Source of the DNA: Candidatus Sumerlaeia bacterium
GTDB lineage: Bacteria > Sumerlaeota > Sumerlaeia > SLMS01 > JAHLLQ01
NCBI GenBank assembly: GCA_033761985.1
Contig: JANRMB010000084.1
Span: forward strand, 1-49,471
Length of the DNA stretch: 49,471 nucleotides
Direction: 5' to 3'
In this document: positions 1-9,101 of the stretch, one piece after another
Layout: every line of letters starts with the position of its first letter
Position numbering within the stretch: position 1 is the stretch's first letter
The notes under the pieces: generated by a model
The model's input: only the letters and a program-made list of their open reading frames with translations
What the model was told of the DNA's origin: nothing
The model's database searches: none
Program-made: the position numbers and the translations under genes

Positions 1-137
1 GCATCACCCTCTACAGTGAAACTGCTGAGTCTCCCATCGTGGATTCCGTCCGATTTTTCTATCAGGATAGCACCTTGGGCGAGGGGACGCTCGTACAACC
101 CCAAGCGAAATCAGGCGGCAGTAGTTTGGGCAACTAA
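1..137 (+). CDS. 3' end of an upstream CDS (partial, C-terminal ~44 codons)
   Basis: Frame 3 is open from the window edge to TAA at 135-137 (...VRFFYQDSTLGEGTLVQPQAKSGGSSLGN*). There is no start in the window. The next gene starts 5 nt later. Function unknown. Confidence 0.35.
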   Translation, partial: ITLYSETAESPIVDSVRFFYQDSTLGEGTLVQPQAKSGGSSLGN

Positions 138-142
138 TCAAA

Positions 143-778
143 ATGAATCAGAATCATTTTCTCCTTATCCTTTCTGTTTTCATCCTCGTATTTGCCTCTC
201 CGGTATATCCGCATGGAGAAAACACACGCGGTCTCACCAACAAGAATTTGTTGGAGCGCGTGATCCCAACAGACCGAAACATTCTTCATCCAGTGAATGA
301 GCACCTTTTTACTTCTGATGATGGTACAACGGAAAGCGTGGCGCTTCATTTGATGGAAGTTGCCCTGGGTAAAAAGCCGGAGAATCCCACTTGGGGAAGC
401 TGGCATGGTTTGCAATCCGTCCCTCTTTTTAGCGGTGATGGTGAAACACCAAAACTCAACGATCATACTTACGCACACTTTGTTCTCTATTCAGAACAGG
501 GGGACACTCTTGCCAATACCTATGAAGGGCGGATCCCGGTGATGACGATAATCGGCGTGGGTGATTCCACTATTCAAACCATCCTCAAAAACATGAAGCG
601 GGGAGAAAAGCGCTTCTTTCATCTTCCTGTGTCCCCGTTGATTCAAAGCGGCTGGTTTGATCCCTCACTCGCCGAAAAACCTGTCTCTCCTGAATCCTAC
701 ATCTTTATGGAGGCAACGCTTCTGCACATCAAACCACCCATACGCGAGGCTCTAAACTCCTTCACACTAACCGAGTAA
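143..778 (+). CDS. Secreted hypothetical protein with a degenerate FKBP-like (PPIase-fold) C-terminal half
   Basis: 211-aa ORF with a signal-like N-terminus (MNQNHFLLILSVFILVFASPVYP). The stretch YEGRIPVMTIIGVGDSTIQTILKNMKRGEKRFFHLP...IFMEATLLHIKP matches the FKBP fold pattern by eye. The family call is tentative. Confidence 0.5.
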   Translation: MNQNHFLLILSVFILVFASPVYPHGENTRGLTNKNLLERVIPTDRNILHPVNEHLFTSDDGTTESVALHLMEVALGKKPENPTWGSWHGLQSVPLFSGDGETPKLNDHTYAHFVLYSEQGDTLANTYEGRIPVMTIIGVGDSTIQTILKNMKRGEKRFFHLPVSPLIQSGWFDPSLAEKPVSPESYIFMEATLLHIKPPIREALNSFTLTE

Positions 779-884
779 GATCATCCCAAAAATGAGAGGT
801 TTCAACCCATCAAACAATTTCACCAAAACATGGCCAAGAGTAGATAAATCCCAAACCCTCGACTCCCAGGAAAAGGAATACACC

Positions 885-2279
885 ATGATACAAAAGCATC
901 AAATCCCCAAATTATTCGCCGCAATCGCCACCGTGCTCACCTTGTGTCAAACATCCGTGTTTGCCGCGGGGAGCGCTGCACAGCCTGCCATCTACACACG
1001 TGCGGAATGGAGTGCTCGTGCTCCCCAGTGCGCCATCTCCGTGGAATCCTCTCTGGACAGGGCGGTTATTCACCATACAGCCATCGCCTCGGATTACAAC
1101 ACCACCAGTTGGTCCACCACATCTGCAAACATTCGCGCCATTCAAAACTCCCACATGGATGGCAACGGTTGGTGCGATATAGGTTATCACTTTCTTGTGG
1201 ATAAACTCGGAAACCGTGCGGAAGGTCGCCAAGGATCACTCACACAGCTTACCCGCGGTGCCCATGACAGCGTGAATACCGCCAGCTTTGGATTCAACTG
1301 CATGGGCTCCTACCATTATGCCAACGATCCCGAACCACCATCGGTTATGCGCGAGGCTCTCTATGACTTGATTGCTTGGCGCATGCCCGATCCCTACACA
1401 GCGCTTGGTTCCGGTACTTACGGTGGGAACACCGTTGGCTTCCTAGCCGGCCACCGCGACGTGATTGCCACGGCATGCCCCGGTGACAAGTTGTACACCT
1501 ACATCGGAACTAACTATTCCGGCGGTGAGGCACGCCTCGCCATTAATTCCCGCATCACTGGAAATGGTGGTGGCTCTCAGGATATCATCGTGGATAACGT
1601 GGCACCTGCCTACGTTGAAGCAGGCTCCTGGGGGACAGGTGCTTCACCCGGTTACGGCGAGGGAACTTACCGCTTCGCCACAGCGGGGAACGCCAGCACC
1701 AACGCCACATGGACGGTAAGTGTCCCCACGGCTGGCACCTATGATGTCTCCGTGTACTACCTCGCCTCCACCAATCGCTCCACCGGGGCAGCCTACGAAA
1801 TCGCCACCTCCACGGGAACGGCGAATGCCACAATCAATCAAACCCTGAACAGTAATTCCTGGGTCTCCCTTGGAGTGCACTCCTTCAACGCTGGCAATAC
1901 GACCGTACGCCTGAACGCAGCCACCAGCACCGGCGGAAGCGGAGTGGTAGTCATCGCCGATGCCGTCAAGCTGACTCCTGCTGCGCCACCTCCCCCTCCA
2001 CCACCCGCAGCGCCTTCAAGTCTTGCAGGTACCGCACCCAATAACACCAGTATCTCTCTAACTTGGGTGGATAACTCCAGCAACGAAACCGGCTTTACGC
2101 TGGAACGCAAAAGGGGCACTGGAGCCTACGCGGTTGTCACTACCACTGGAGCCAACGTGACCAGTTTCCTGAACACGGGTCTCAGTAAAAACACCAGCTA
2201 CACGTTCCGCGTGAAGTCCATCAACGGAAGCGGCAGCTCTGCCTATTCCAATGAAGTTACGGTGAAAACTCCACGGTAA
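885..2279 (+). CDS. Secreted N-acetylmuramoyl-L-alanine amidase (PGRP/Amidase_2 domain) with a middle beta-rich domain, poly-Pro linker and C-terminal fibronectin type III domain
   Basis: PGRP/Amidase_2 motifs: AVIHHTA, IRAIQNSHMDGNGWCDIGYHFLVD, GAHD...N..SFGF, LAGHRDV..TACPGD. Linker PAAPPPPPPPAAP. FN3-like tail ISLTWVDNSSNETGFTLERK...YTFRVKSINGSGSS. The ATG at 885 (MIQKHQIPKLFAAIATVLTLCQTSVFA signal peptide, AGGAAAAGGAA upstream) is preferred over the ORF-track start at 792. Confidence 0.85.
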   Translation: MIQKHQIPKLFAAIATVLTLCQTSVFAAGSAAQPAIYTRAEWSARAPQCAISVESSLDRAVIHHTAIASDYNTTSWSTTSANIRAIQNSHMDGNGWCDIGYHFLVDKLGNRAEGRQGSLTQLTRGAHDSVNTASFGFNCMGSYHYANDPEPPSVMREALYDLIAWRMPDPYTALGSGTYGGNTVGFLAGHRDVIATACPGDKLYTYIGTNYSGGEARLAINSRITGNGGGSQDIIVDNVAPAYVEAGSWGTGASPGYGEGTYRFATAGNASTNATWTVSVPTAGTYDVSVYYLASTNRSTGAAYEIATSTGTANATINQTLNSNSWVSLGVHSFNAGNTTVRLNAATSTGGSGVVVIADAVKLTPAAPPPPPPPAAPSSLAGTAPNNTSISLTWVDNSSNETGFTLERKRGTGAYAVVTTTGANVTSFLNTGLSKNTSYTFRVKSINGSGSSAYSNEVTVKTPR

Positions 2280-2298
2280 ACTCTAAAGACTCCAAATC

Positions 2299-2334
2299 AA
2301 AGCCTCCAGTCCTTCGATTGGAGGCTTTTCTTTT
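2299..2334 (+). terminator. Rho-independent terminator after the amidase gene
   Basis: Stem AAAGCCTCCA (2299-2308) pairs with TGGAGGCTTT (2319-2328) across a 10-nt loop, followed by TTTTCTTTT. Confidence 0.7.
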
Positions 2335-2435
2335 GCCGAATTATCCACAAATTATGAGAAATCTAACACAAAAAAATCGCAGTTGCACACGGTTTATTCC
2401 TGAGAAAGGAAGGTCTCAAATATGGAGGCAAGCTC

Positions 2436-3263
2436 ATGAATACAATCTCCTTGGAATCAGTCGTCATCGAACTCGATAACGCGTTCAATCGCGGTGACTT
2501 AGGTACGGTGTTGGATTTTTATCATCCCGATGCCATTTTGGTTTCGGAACCCGGGAAAGTTCTACGGGGCATCGACCAAATCCGCGATTTCTTTTCCCGA
2601 ATCCTGGAATTGGGTCTCCTCGCAAAACAGCACCAAACCTGTACATTAACGACTTCGGACACCGCCCTATATCTTGCTCGTTGGGAATTACGATCACCCC
2701 ATGGACGCTCCAGCTACAAAACCGCCACAAGTGTTTTCAAAAAAACTTTCCAAGGCGAATGGAAGCTGATCATCGATAATGCCTTCGGTACAGAAGCGAT
2801 AAATCCAGGCCAGTCGGTTCTTTCCCATTCAGTAATCATTCCCCCAAGCCAAGGTACACAGCTTCATGTACTTGGTACCGAGATACTCTTGAAAATTGCT
2901 TCGAATGCAACCCATGGGAGCTTTTCCATTATTACTGCTATGGATTCACCGGGCGGCGGACCACCACCCCATGTTCATCATCAAGAAGATGAAGTGCTCA
3001 TCGTGCTGGAAGGGGAATACGAGTTCCTGCTGAATGGCCAATCTTATCGAGGAGGATGTGGTACTATTGCCATTCTTCGCCGGGGGGAAACTCACACCTA
3101 TCGAAGGGTGTCCCCAGATCAGGGAAGGCTCATGGCCTTCATTATACCGGGAGGTTTTGAGGACTTCTTTGCGGGCATCAGTCGAGCTTCAGAAAAAGGT
3201 GAGCTCTCTCCCGATGTTATCACCGCCCTTGCCAAAGATCATCAGTTGGAGTTCCGAACCTAG
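2436..3263 (+). CDS. SnoaL-like/DUF4440 (NTF2-fold) domain fused to a cupin domain protein
   Basis: The N-terminal half (LDNAFNRGDLGTVLDFYHPDAILV...WKLIIDN) is typical of the NTF2-like fold. The C-terminal half has the cupin metal motif GGGPPPHVHHQEDEVLIVLEGEYEF...GETHTY. Confidence 0.7.
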   Translation: MNTISLESVVIELDNAFNRGDLGTVLDFYHPDAILVSEPGKVLRGIDQIRDFFSRILELGLLAKQHQTCTLTTSDTALYLARWELRSPHGRSSYKTATSVFKKTFQGEWKLIIDNAFGTEAINPGQSVLSHSVIIPPSQGTQLHVLGTEILLKIASNATHGSFSIITAMDSPGGGPPPHVHHQEDEVLIVLEGEYEFLLNGQSYRGGCGTIAILRRGETHTYRRVSPDQGRLMAFIIPGGFEDFFAGISRASEKGELSPDVITALAKDHQLEFRT

Positions 3264-3266
3264 CCG

Positions 3267-3950
3267 CTACTCCACTTCTCCCACTGCAGGGATTCCCAAC
3301 TGTTCATGGAAGTGGTTGAACTCCCGAATCACCTTGCTCGCCAGCACCTTGTACCCCGCTCCGTTGGGGTGAACCTGATCGAGCAACAGGCTTCTGCGTC
3401 CGAGGATATCCTCGAGTATATCGGAAACCAGAATGCATCCCATTTCTTCGGCGAGCGCCTTGTACGCCTCATCATACTCCGGACCGTAAAACAACCCACC
3501 GTCCACCCCCAGCAGAGCCACCACCGCTCCGGAATCCTGTATCCGCTGCACCACCTCGCGCAGGTGACGAAACGCCACGTCCACGGGGACGTTTTGCCGA
3601 AGGTCATTCCCGCCGAGAGCCACCAGTACCAAACGGGGGTTATGGGCCAATACGTCGGATTCCAACCGAGCTAGCCCCTCATCTGTTCTGTGCCCTGAGA
3701 CCCCGGCATTGATCACCGGTTCACCCCAGGCCGTGCTCAGGTAGTAGGGATAGTTTTCCGTGGGGGCAACGGCCACTCCTTCGGTAAGACTATCCCCCAG
3801 CGCCACGATGGGTCCCGACTTGACGGAATCCAAGTGGCGGACTTCCCACCGAGTCTCAGGCCGCGGCCAGAAGAACCACGCCACCGCCGCCAAGAAACAA
3901 ATCCCCAAAAGGGTTTTGGGGGTGATCAGTTTGCTGAATTGTTCGGCCAT
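3267..3950 (-). CDS. SGNH/GDSL-family hydrolase (arylesterase/lipase-like), membrane-anchored or secreted
   Basis: Block I IVALGDSLTEG, block II GVSGHRT, block III LVALGGND, block V DQVHPN. N-terminal hydrophobic anchor LLGICFLAAVAWFFW. Confidence 0.85.
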   Translation of the reverse strand: MAEQFSKLITPKTLLGICFLAAVAWFFWPRPETRWEVRHLDSVKSGPIVALGDSLTEGVAVAPTENYPYYLSTAWGEPVINAGVSGHRTDEGLARLESDVLAHNPRLVLVALGGNDLRQNVPVDVAFRHLREVVQRIQDSGAVVALLGVDGGLFYGPEYDEAYKALAEEMGCILVSDILEDILGRRSLLLDQVHPNGAGYKVLASKVIREFNHFHEQLGIPAVGEVE

Positions 3951-4129
3951 TCCCGTATAATCACCCTTCTCCTGCTTCAGGCTTGGTCACTCCCCAGTTC
4001 GGAGGAAACCACAGATCATATACAAAGAGCATACCTCTTTTGGTGCAATCCCATAACTGCCCTATCGAGCAATCACAGGGAAGTTTATCTCGTGTTAGCC
4101 ATCAACCTCAAATTTGAAGAGGTGCTTCC

Positions 4130-5407
4130 ATGAATAGTCGCTTCCTAAACAAACGGGTTCTTCTAGGGGTGGGCTTTTCCCTCCTTGCGGGATGTTCATC
4201 AGAGCATGGGGGGGCACAAAAAGGAGCCGCCCCCACGGAACCGGTTGTGATGACGGTCCAGCCCAAACAAGAAACACTGGAACGGGCATTCCTGTTTACC
4301 GGTAACCTGGAGGGAATTGAACAAGTGGAGATTCGCCCCCGGGTGCAGGGATTTGTGGAGGCGATTCACTTTCTCCCGGATAGTCTGGTGGAAAAAGGGG
4401 AGCTTCTGTTCACCATCGATCCCAAACCATACCAGGCAGCGCTGGATTCTGCAAACGCACGGTTGCTGGGCGCACAAGCCGATTTGGAAGTGGCCATGGC
4501 GGAATCGGTTGCAGCCGAGGCAAGGGAGCAAGTGGCGAAGTTAAGACTCGATCGAGCCAAAAGCCTCTCCCTTTCCCAAGCTGTTCCAGAGCAGGAAGTG
4601 GATGATCGTGAAGCGGAATTCAACGTTGCCCGCGCAGAGGTGGGTTCCGCCAAGGCCGGTATCCAATACGCCAAGGCGAATGTGGAATCAGCAAAAGCGG
4701 ATGTGGCCACCGCCGAACTTAACCTTGGTTACACCCGGGTAAACTCTCCCATCGAGGGGCGCATCGGTAGAAATCTGGTAGATTTGGGTGCCTTGGTGGG
4801 GACAAACGAGCCCACGCTTTTGGCAACCGTAATCAATGATTCCCAAGTGTATGCCTACTTCACCACCAGCGAATCGGAGTTGTTTACCATACGCCGCTGG
4901 AGAGCCGAACAAGGACTCTCGGAAGTCAATCCCCGCGAGGCGATTCCGGCCTTTCTCGCTCTCCCCGATGAAAGCGACTTTGTTCATCCGGGGGCCTTTG
5001 ACGCGGCAGACAATCAGTTGGAGGCCGGCAGCGGCACTATGTTGGGGAGGGCGCGATTTGATAATCCCACTCGCCTTCTCATACCGGGAGCTTACGTCCG
5101 GCTTCGGATCCCCTTGGAAGAGTACACCGCCAGTATGGTCCCCGAGGTTTCCATCTCCCGCGATCAGGGGGGGAACTACATCCTGCTGGTGCGCGAAGAT
5201 AACACCGTGGAACGCCTCTCGGTTGAAACAGGAGAAAAAAAACAAGGCTGGCAGGAAATCCGAACCACGCTTCCGGAAAACAGTCGCGTCATAACGCAGG
5301 GGCTTCTTCTCGCACGCCCGGGAAGCAAAGTCATTCCCAACGTGGATGAACGCTTCAGCACCCTTTCGCAAGATAGCGCCAACTCCCCGACTACTTCCAC
5401 CCCCTGA
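4130..5407 (+). CDS. RND efflux periplasmic adaptor (membrane fusion protein) lipoprotein
   Basis: Lipobox LLAGC. Coiled-coil hairpin region (QAALDSANARLLGAQADLEVA...). Motifs GYTRVNSPIEGRIG and PGAYVRLRI are typical of the HlyD/AcrA family. It sits directly upstream of the RND pump with an 11-nt gap. Confidence 0.9.
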   Translation: MNSRFLNKRVLLGVGFSLLAGCSSEHGGAQKGAAPTEPVVMTVQPKQETLERAFLFTGNLEGIEQVEIRPRVQGFVEAIHFLPDSLVEKGELLFTIDPKPYQAALDSANARLLGAQADLEVAMAESVAAEAREQVAKLRLDRAKSLSLSQAVPEQEVDDREAEFNVARAEVGSAKAGIQYAKANVESAKADVATAELNLGYTRVNSPIEGRIGRNLVDLGALVGTNEPTLLATVINDSQVYAYFTTSESELFTIRRWRAEQGLSEVNPREAIPAFLALPDESDFVHPGAFDAADNQLEAGSGTMLGRARFDNPTRLLIPGAYVRLRIPLEEYTASMVPEVSISRDQGGNYILLVREDNTVERLSVETGEKKQGWQEIRTTLPENSRVITQGLLLARPGSKVIPNVDERFSTLSQDSANSPTTSTP

Positions 5408-5418
5408 CGGATCATCCT

Positions 5419-8400
5419 ATGTTCTCCGATTTCTTTATCCGACGGCCAATTTTTGCCACGGTCTTTAGTATCCTGATCCTCGTGATGGGGATCGTTGGCT
5501 TTCTCCGTTTACCGGTGGATCGCTACCCCGACATCACTCCGCCTGTTGTTCGTGTCACCACCAATTTCCCGGGTGCCGATGCCCGCGTGCTTGCGCAAAC
5601 CGTTGCCGCGCCCATTGAACAGGAAGTGAATGGTGTGGATGATATGCTCTACCTGAGCAGCACTTGCGCCAGCAACGGCACCTATCAGTTGGACATTACC
5701 TTTGAGCAGGGGACAGACGTGGATCTGGCGGCCATTCTGGTGCAAAACCGGGTGAGCATCGCGGAACCACGTCTCCCGGAAGAAGTTCGCCGCCAGGGGA
5801 TCGTTACTCGCAAGCAATCCAGCAACCTGGTACAAGTGGTCAGCCTTCTCTCCCCCGATGGCTCACGCGATGACCTCTTTCTTGCCAACTTTATGGCCTT
5901 GAATATCAAGGATGAGCTTACAAGGATTCCCGGTGTGGGAGGCACCACCCTGCTTCCGGAGAAGGATTACTCCATGCGGATCTGGTTGGATCCGCTGAGG
6001 CTAAAAGCCAGAGGCCTCACGGTTTTGGAAGTGCGGGATGCCATCCAGGAGCAGAATATTCAAGTGGCTGCCGGGCAGTTGGGGCTCCCCCCGGCACCCG
6101 AGGATTTATCGTTTCAGTTTACGGTGCGCACCAAAGGCCGGTTGAGCGAACCCGCTGAGTTTGAACAAATCATCGTCCGTGATTTTCCCGATGGGCGTGT
6201 CGTTCGTTTGGGTGATGTGGCCAAGGTGGAGTTGGGTGCCCAATCCTATTCCACAAAAAACTACGTGAGTAACACAGCGGGCGTTTCCCTTCTCCTCTAT
6301 CAACTCCCTGGTTCAAACGCCTTGGAAATGGCAAAAAGTGTTGAAGCGGCCATGGAAGAGCTCTCCCGCAACTTCCCACCCGGTGTGGAGTATCGCCTGA
6401 TGTATGACTCCACCGTGTTTATCGAAGAGTCCGTAAAGTCGGTATACAAAACACTGGTGGAGGCCTTCCTGCTCGTCTTTCTTGTGGTGCTGGTTTTTCT
6501 TCAAAACTGGCGGGCAACGTTGATTCCCACTCTCGTCATTCCCGTGGCTCTTGTGGGGACTTTCGTCCTCATGGCGGCGCTGGGTTTTTCCGTGAACATG
6601 CTCACACTTTTTGGATTGGTACTCGCCATCGGTATCGTGGTGGACGATGCCATCATCGTGGTGGAAAACGTGGAACGTCTCATGGCGGAAGGATTGTCGC
6701 CGTTGGAGGCCACCTTCAAGGCGATGCGGGAAATCAGTGGAGCCATTCTGGCCATCTCTCTGGTTTTGATGGCGGTGTTCCTTCCCACAGCAGCCCTCAG
6801 CGGTCTCACCGGGGAACTCTATCGCCAGTTTGCGCTCACCATCGCGGCCAGCACGTTCTTTTCTGCGGTCTGTGCTCTCACCCTGAGTCCGGCACTTTCA
6901 GCGGTGTTTCTCCGTCCCCACGTCGAACACAAAAAAGAGTGGCTGGCCACACGTTTATTCAACAACGCCTTCGAGGCACTATCCCGCTATTATGCCGCTT
7001 TTGTGCGCCTCTCCATCAACCTTTGGTTTATCAGCCTGCCGCTCTTCCTATCAAGTATCGCCTTAACCTACTATCTTGTCACCACTGTCCCCCAGGGATT
7101 CCTCCCCCCGGAAGATCAGGGGGTGATCATGGTGGATGTAACGCTTCCTGATAACGCAGCCCTTGGCCGAACGGATGAGCTAATGCTGTCGCTCAGTGAG
7201 GAAATCATCGAAATTGAAGGAGTGGACAGATTGGTGACACAGGTGGGAACCAGCTTCATCAGCGGTTTTGGTTCCAACTATGGCTCCATCGTTGTTGTTT
7301 TGAAGCCTTGGAAGGAACGCGAAAAAAAACACCGATCCGCCTTTGTGATCCTGAATGAAATTCGCCCCCTTTTTGGCAAGTACCCTGAGGGATTTGGATT
7401 CGCATTCAATCTTCCTTCCATCCCCGGTTTGGGTGCCACTGCGGGTTTTGATATGCGCTTGCAGGATCGCGCCGGATTGGGGACGGAGGTCCTCAGCGCC
7501 TCGGTACAAAACGTATTGGCCGAAGCCCGAAAAGATCCCCGTATTTCGCAGATCTTTAGCAGCTACCGCCCCGGTGTTGCCCAGTATTATGTGGATATCG
7601 ACCGCGAGCGGGTGAAGAAACTGAACATCCCCCTGAGCAGCGTTTTTGCAACACTGCAAACAGCTCTCGGCTCTGCCTATATCAATGATCTCACCCTGTT
7701 TTCCCGTGTGTATCGAGTGTATGTTCAAGCGGATACACCCTTCCGAATTGAACCGGCCGATATTGGCCGATTGGAAGTGCGCAACGCCGATGGGGACATG
7801 GTTCCCGTCTCCACCTTTGCCCGCGTAGTGGAGTCCTTTGGTCCTTCCAAAGTGGAGCGCTACAACCTCTATGAAAGCGCCACCATTACCGGAGCCGCTG
7901 CTCCAGGAATCAGCTCCGGGGAATCCATCGCCCTGATGGAAGAAGTTGCCGATCGCGTTCTACCCCAGGGAATTGGTTACGAGTGGACGTCCATGGCCTA
8001 TCAGGAAAAACGCGTCGGCAACCAGGGGGTGTACGTCTTCATCCTGGGAATTTTCGTCGTCTTCCTCATTCTCGCTGCTCAATATGAAAGCTGGCTGGCT
8101 CCGGTCTCTGTTATTCTCTCCATCCCGCTTGCGGTGCTCGGAGCCATGGTGGGGTTAATCTTCCGCGGCATGGACAACAACATCTACACACAGGTTGGCT
8201 TGGTGCTACTCATCGCTCTGGCTGCAAAAAATGCCATCCTGATTGTGGAATTTGCACGGGAACAAAAAGCCCACGGAAAGACAACTCTTGAAGCAGCGGT
8301 GGAAGCCTCTCGACTACGCTTCCGCCCGATTCTGATGACGAGTTTTGCATTTATTCTGGGAGTTGTTCCGCTGATTGAAGCAGAAGGCGCGGGAGCTGCC

Positions 8401-8535
8401 GCACGTCAGGCGCTGGGTACTGCGGTATTTAGCGGAATGGTGGGGGCCACTCTTTTCGGCCTCTTGTTTATCCCTGTGCTCTACGCGGTCGTGGACTGGA
8501 CTGGGGACGCACTCCTAAAGCGTTCGTCCCGCTAA
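5419..8535 (+). CDS. RND efflux transporter permease (AcrB/HAE1-like)
   Basis: 1038 aa. N-terminus FFIRRPIFATV. Motifs AIGIVVDDAIIVVENVER and LLIALAAKNAILIVEFA. 12-TM architecture with two large periplasmic loops. Confidence 0.95.
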   Translation: MFSDFFIRRPIFATVFSILILVMGIVGFLRLPVDRYPDITPPVVRVTTNFPGADARVLAQTVAAPIEQEVNGVDDMLYLSSTCASNGTYQLDITFEQGTDVDLAAILVQNRVSIAEPRLPEEVRRQGIVTRKQSSNLVQVVSLLSPDGSRDDLFLANFMALNIKDELTRIPGVGGTTLLPEKDYSMRIWLDPLRLKARGLTVLEVRDAIQEQNIQVAAGQLGLPPAPEDLSFQFTVRTKGRLSEPAEFEQIIVRDFPDGRVVRLGDVAKVELGAQSYSTKNYVSNTAGVSLLLYQLPGSNALEMAKSVEAAMEELSRNFPPGVEYRLMYDSTVFIEESVKSVYKTLVEAFLLVFLVVLVFLQNWRATLIPTLVIPVALVGTFVLMAALGFSVNMLTLFGLVLAIGIVVDDAIIVVENVERLMAEGLSPLEATFKAMREISGAILAISLVLMAVFLPTAALSGLTGELYRQFALTIAASTFFSAVCALTLSPALSAVFLRPHVEHKKEWLATRLFNNAFEALSRYYAAFVRLSINLWFISLPLFLSSIALTYYLVTTVPQGFLPPEDQGVIMVDVTLPDNAALGRTDELMLSLSEEIIEIEGVDRLVTQVGTSFISGFGSNYGSIVVVLKPWKEREKKHRSAFVILNEIRPLFGKYPEGFGFAFNLPSIPGLGATAGFDMRLQDRAGLGTEVLSASVQNVLAEARKDPRISQIFSSYRPGVAQYYVDIDRERVKKLNIPLSSVFATLQTALGSAYINDLTLFSRVYRVYVQADTPFRIEPADIGRLEVRNADGDMVPVSTFARVVESFGPSKVERYNLYESATITGAAAPGISSGESIALMEEVADRVLPQGIGYEWTSMAYQEKRVGNQGVYVFILGIFVVFLILAAQYESWLAPVSVILSIPLAVLGAMVGLIFRGMDNNIYTQVGLVLLIALAAKNAILIVEFAREQKAHGKTTLEAAVEASRLRFRPILMTSFAFILGVVPLIEAEGAGAAARQALGTAVFSGMVGATLFGLLFIPVLYAVVDWTGDALLKRSSR

Positions 8536-8554
8536 GGCCGGTTTCCCTGTCACC

Positions 8555-9007
8555 CTATTTTTGCTGCAACGCAGCGATTGCTTCCTTTACCTCACAGAGC
8601 GGTTTTATGCCCTTCACTTCTTGCCGGAGCATCTCCAGATTCGCTTCGGCAAACTCTTTTTCCATGCGGCTCATGGCATCGTCCAAAAGGCGGTGAACAC
8701 CACAAAGCTTTGTATGACCGGGGATGCCCAGCGGGCACCGGGTAATCCGTTGGGGCGAGGCATCCACCGCCTTGAGCACATCAAGGAGCGAGATTTTTGC
8801 TGCGGGTAACGCCAGAACAAAACCCCCATTCAACCCGCGTTGCGAATTGATGAGGGCTGCTTTCACCATTTGTTGAAGGATTTTGGAAAGATAACCTTGG
8901 GGAACTTTTGTGGCCTCGGCAATCACAGCAGAGGTCATGGGAACCCCCTCGTGTTGGGCCATGTGAACGGCCGCGCGGATGGCATATTCCCCGGTTGTGG
9001 TGATCAT
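8555..9007 (-). CDS. Rrf2-family transcriptional regulator (IscR/NsrR-like)
   Basis: N-terminal wHTH: TGEYAIRAAVHMAQHEG...IAEATKVPQGYLSKILQQMVKAALINSQRGLNGGFVLA. Cys residues in ITRCPLGIPGHTKLCGVH are possible cluster ligands. Confidence 0.9.
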   Translation of the reverse strand: MITTTGEYAIRAAVHMAQHEGVPMTSAVIAEATKVPQGYLSKILQQMVKAALINSQRGLNGGFVLALPAAKISLLDVLKAVDASPQRITRCPLGIPGHTKLCGVHRLLDDAMSRMEKEFAEANLEMLRQEVKGIKPLCEVKEAIAALQQK

Positions 9008-9101
9008 GGAATCGTACTTTCCTTGTTTACAACAAGTTACTTTTGAATGCAGACGGATGCAAAAGCGATTCCATGATCATCATCAAGGGAAATGCCGTTC
9101 C

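Noticed and set aside
16-478. ORFs 16-300 (+) and 134-478 (-) at the left edge
   Set aside because: Both overlap the better-supported signal-peptide-bearing ORF at 143-778. The plus-strand one also overlaps the frame-3 tail of the upstream gene.
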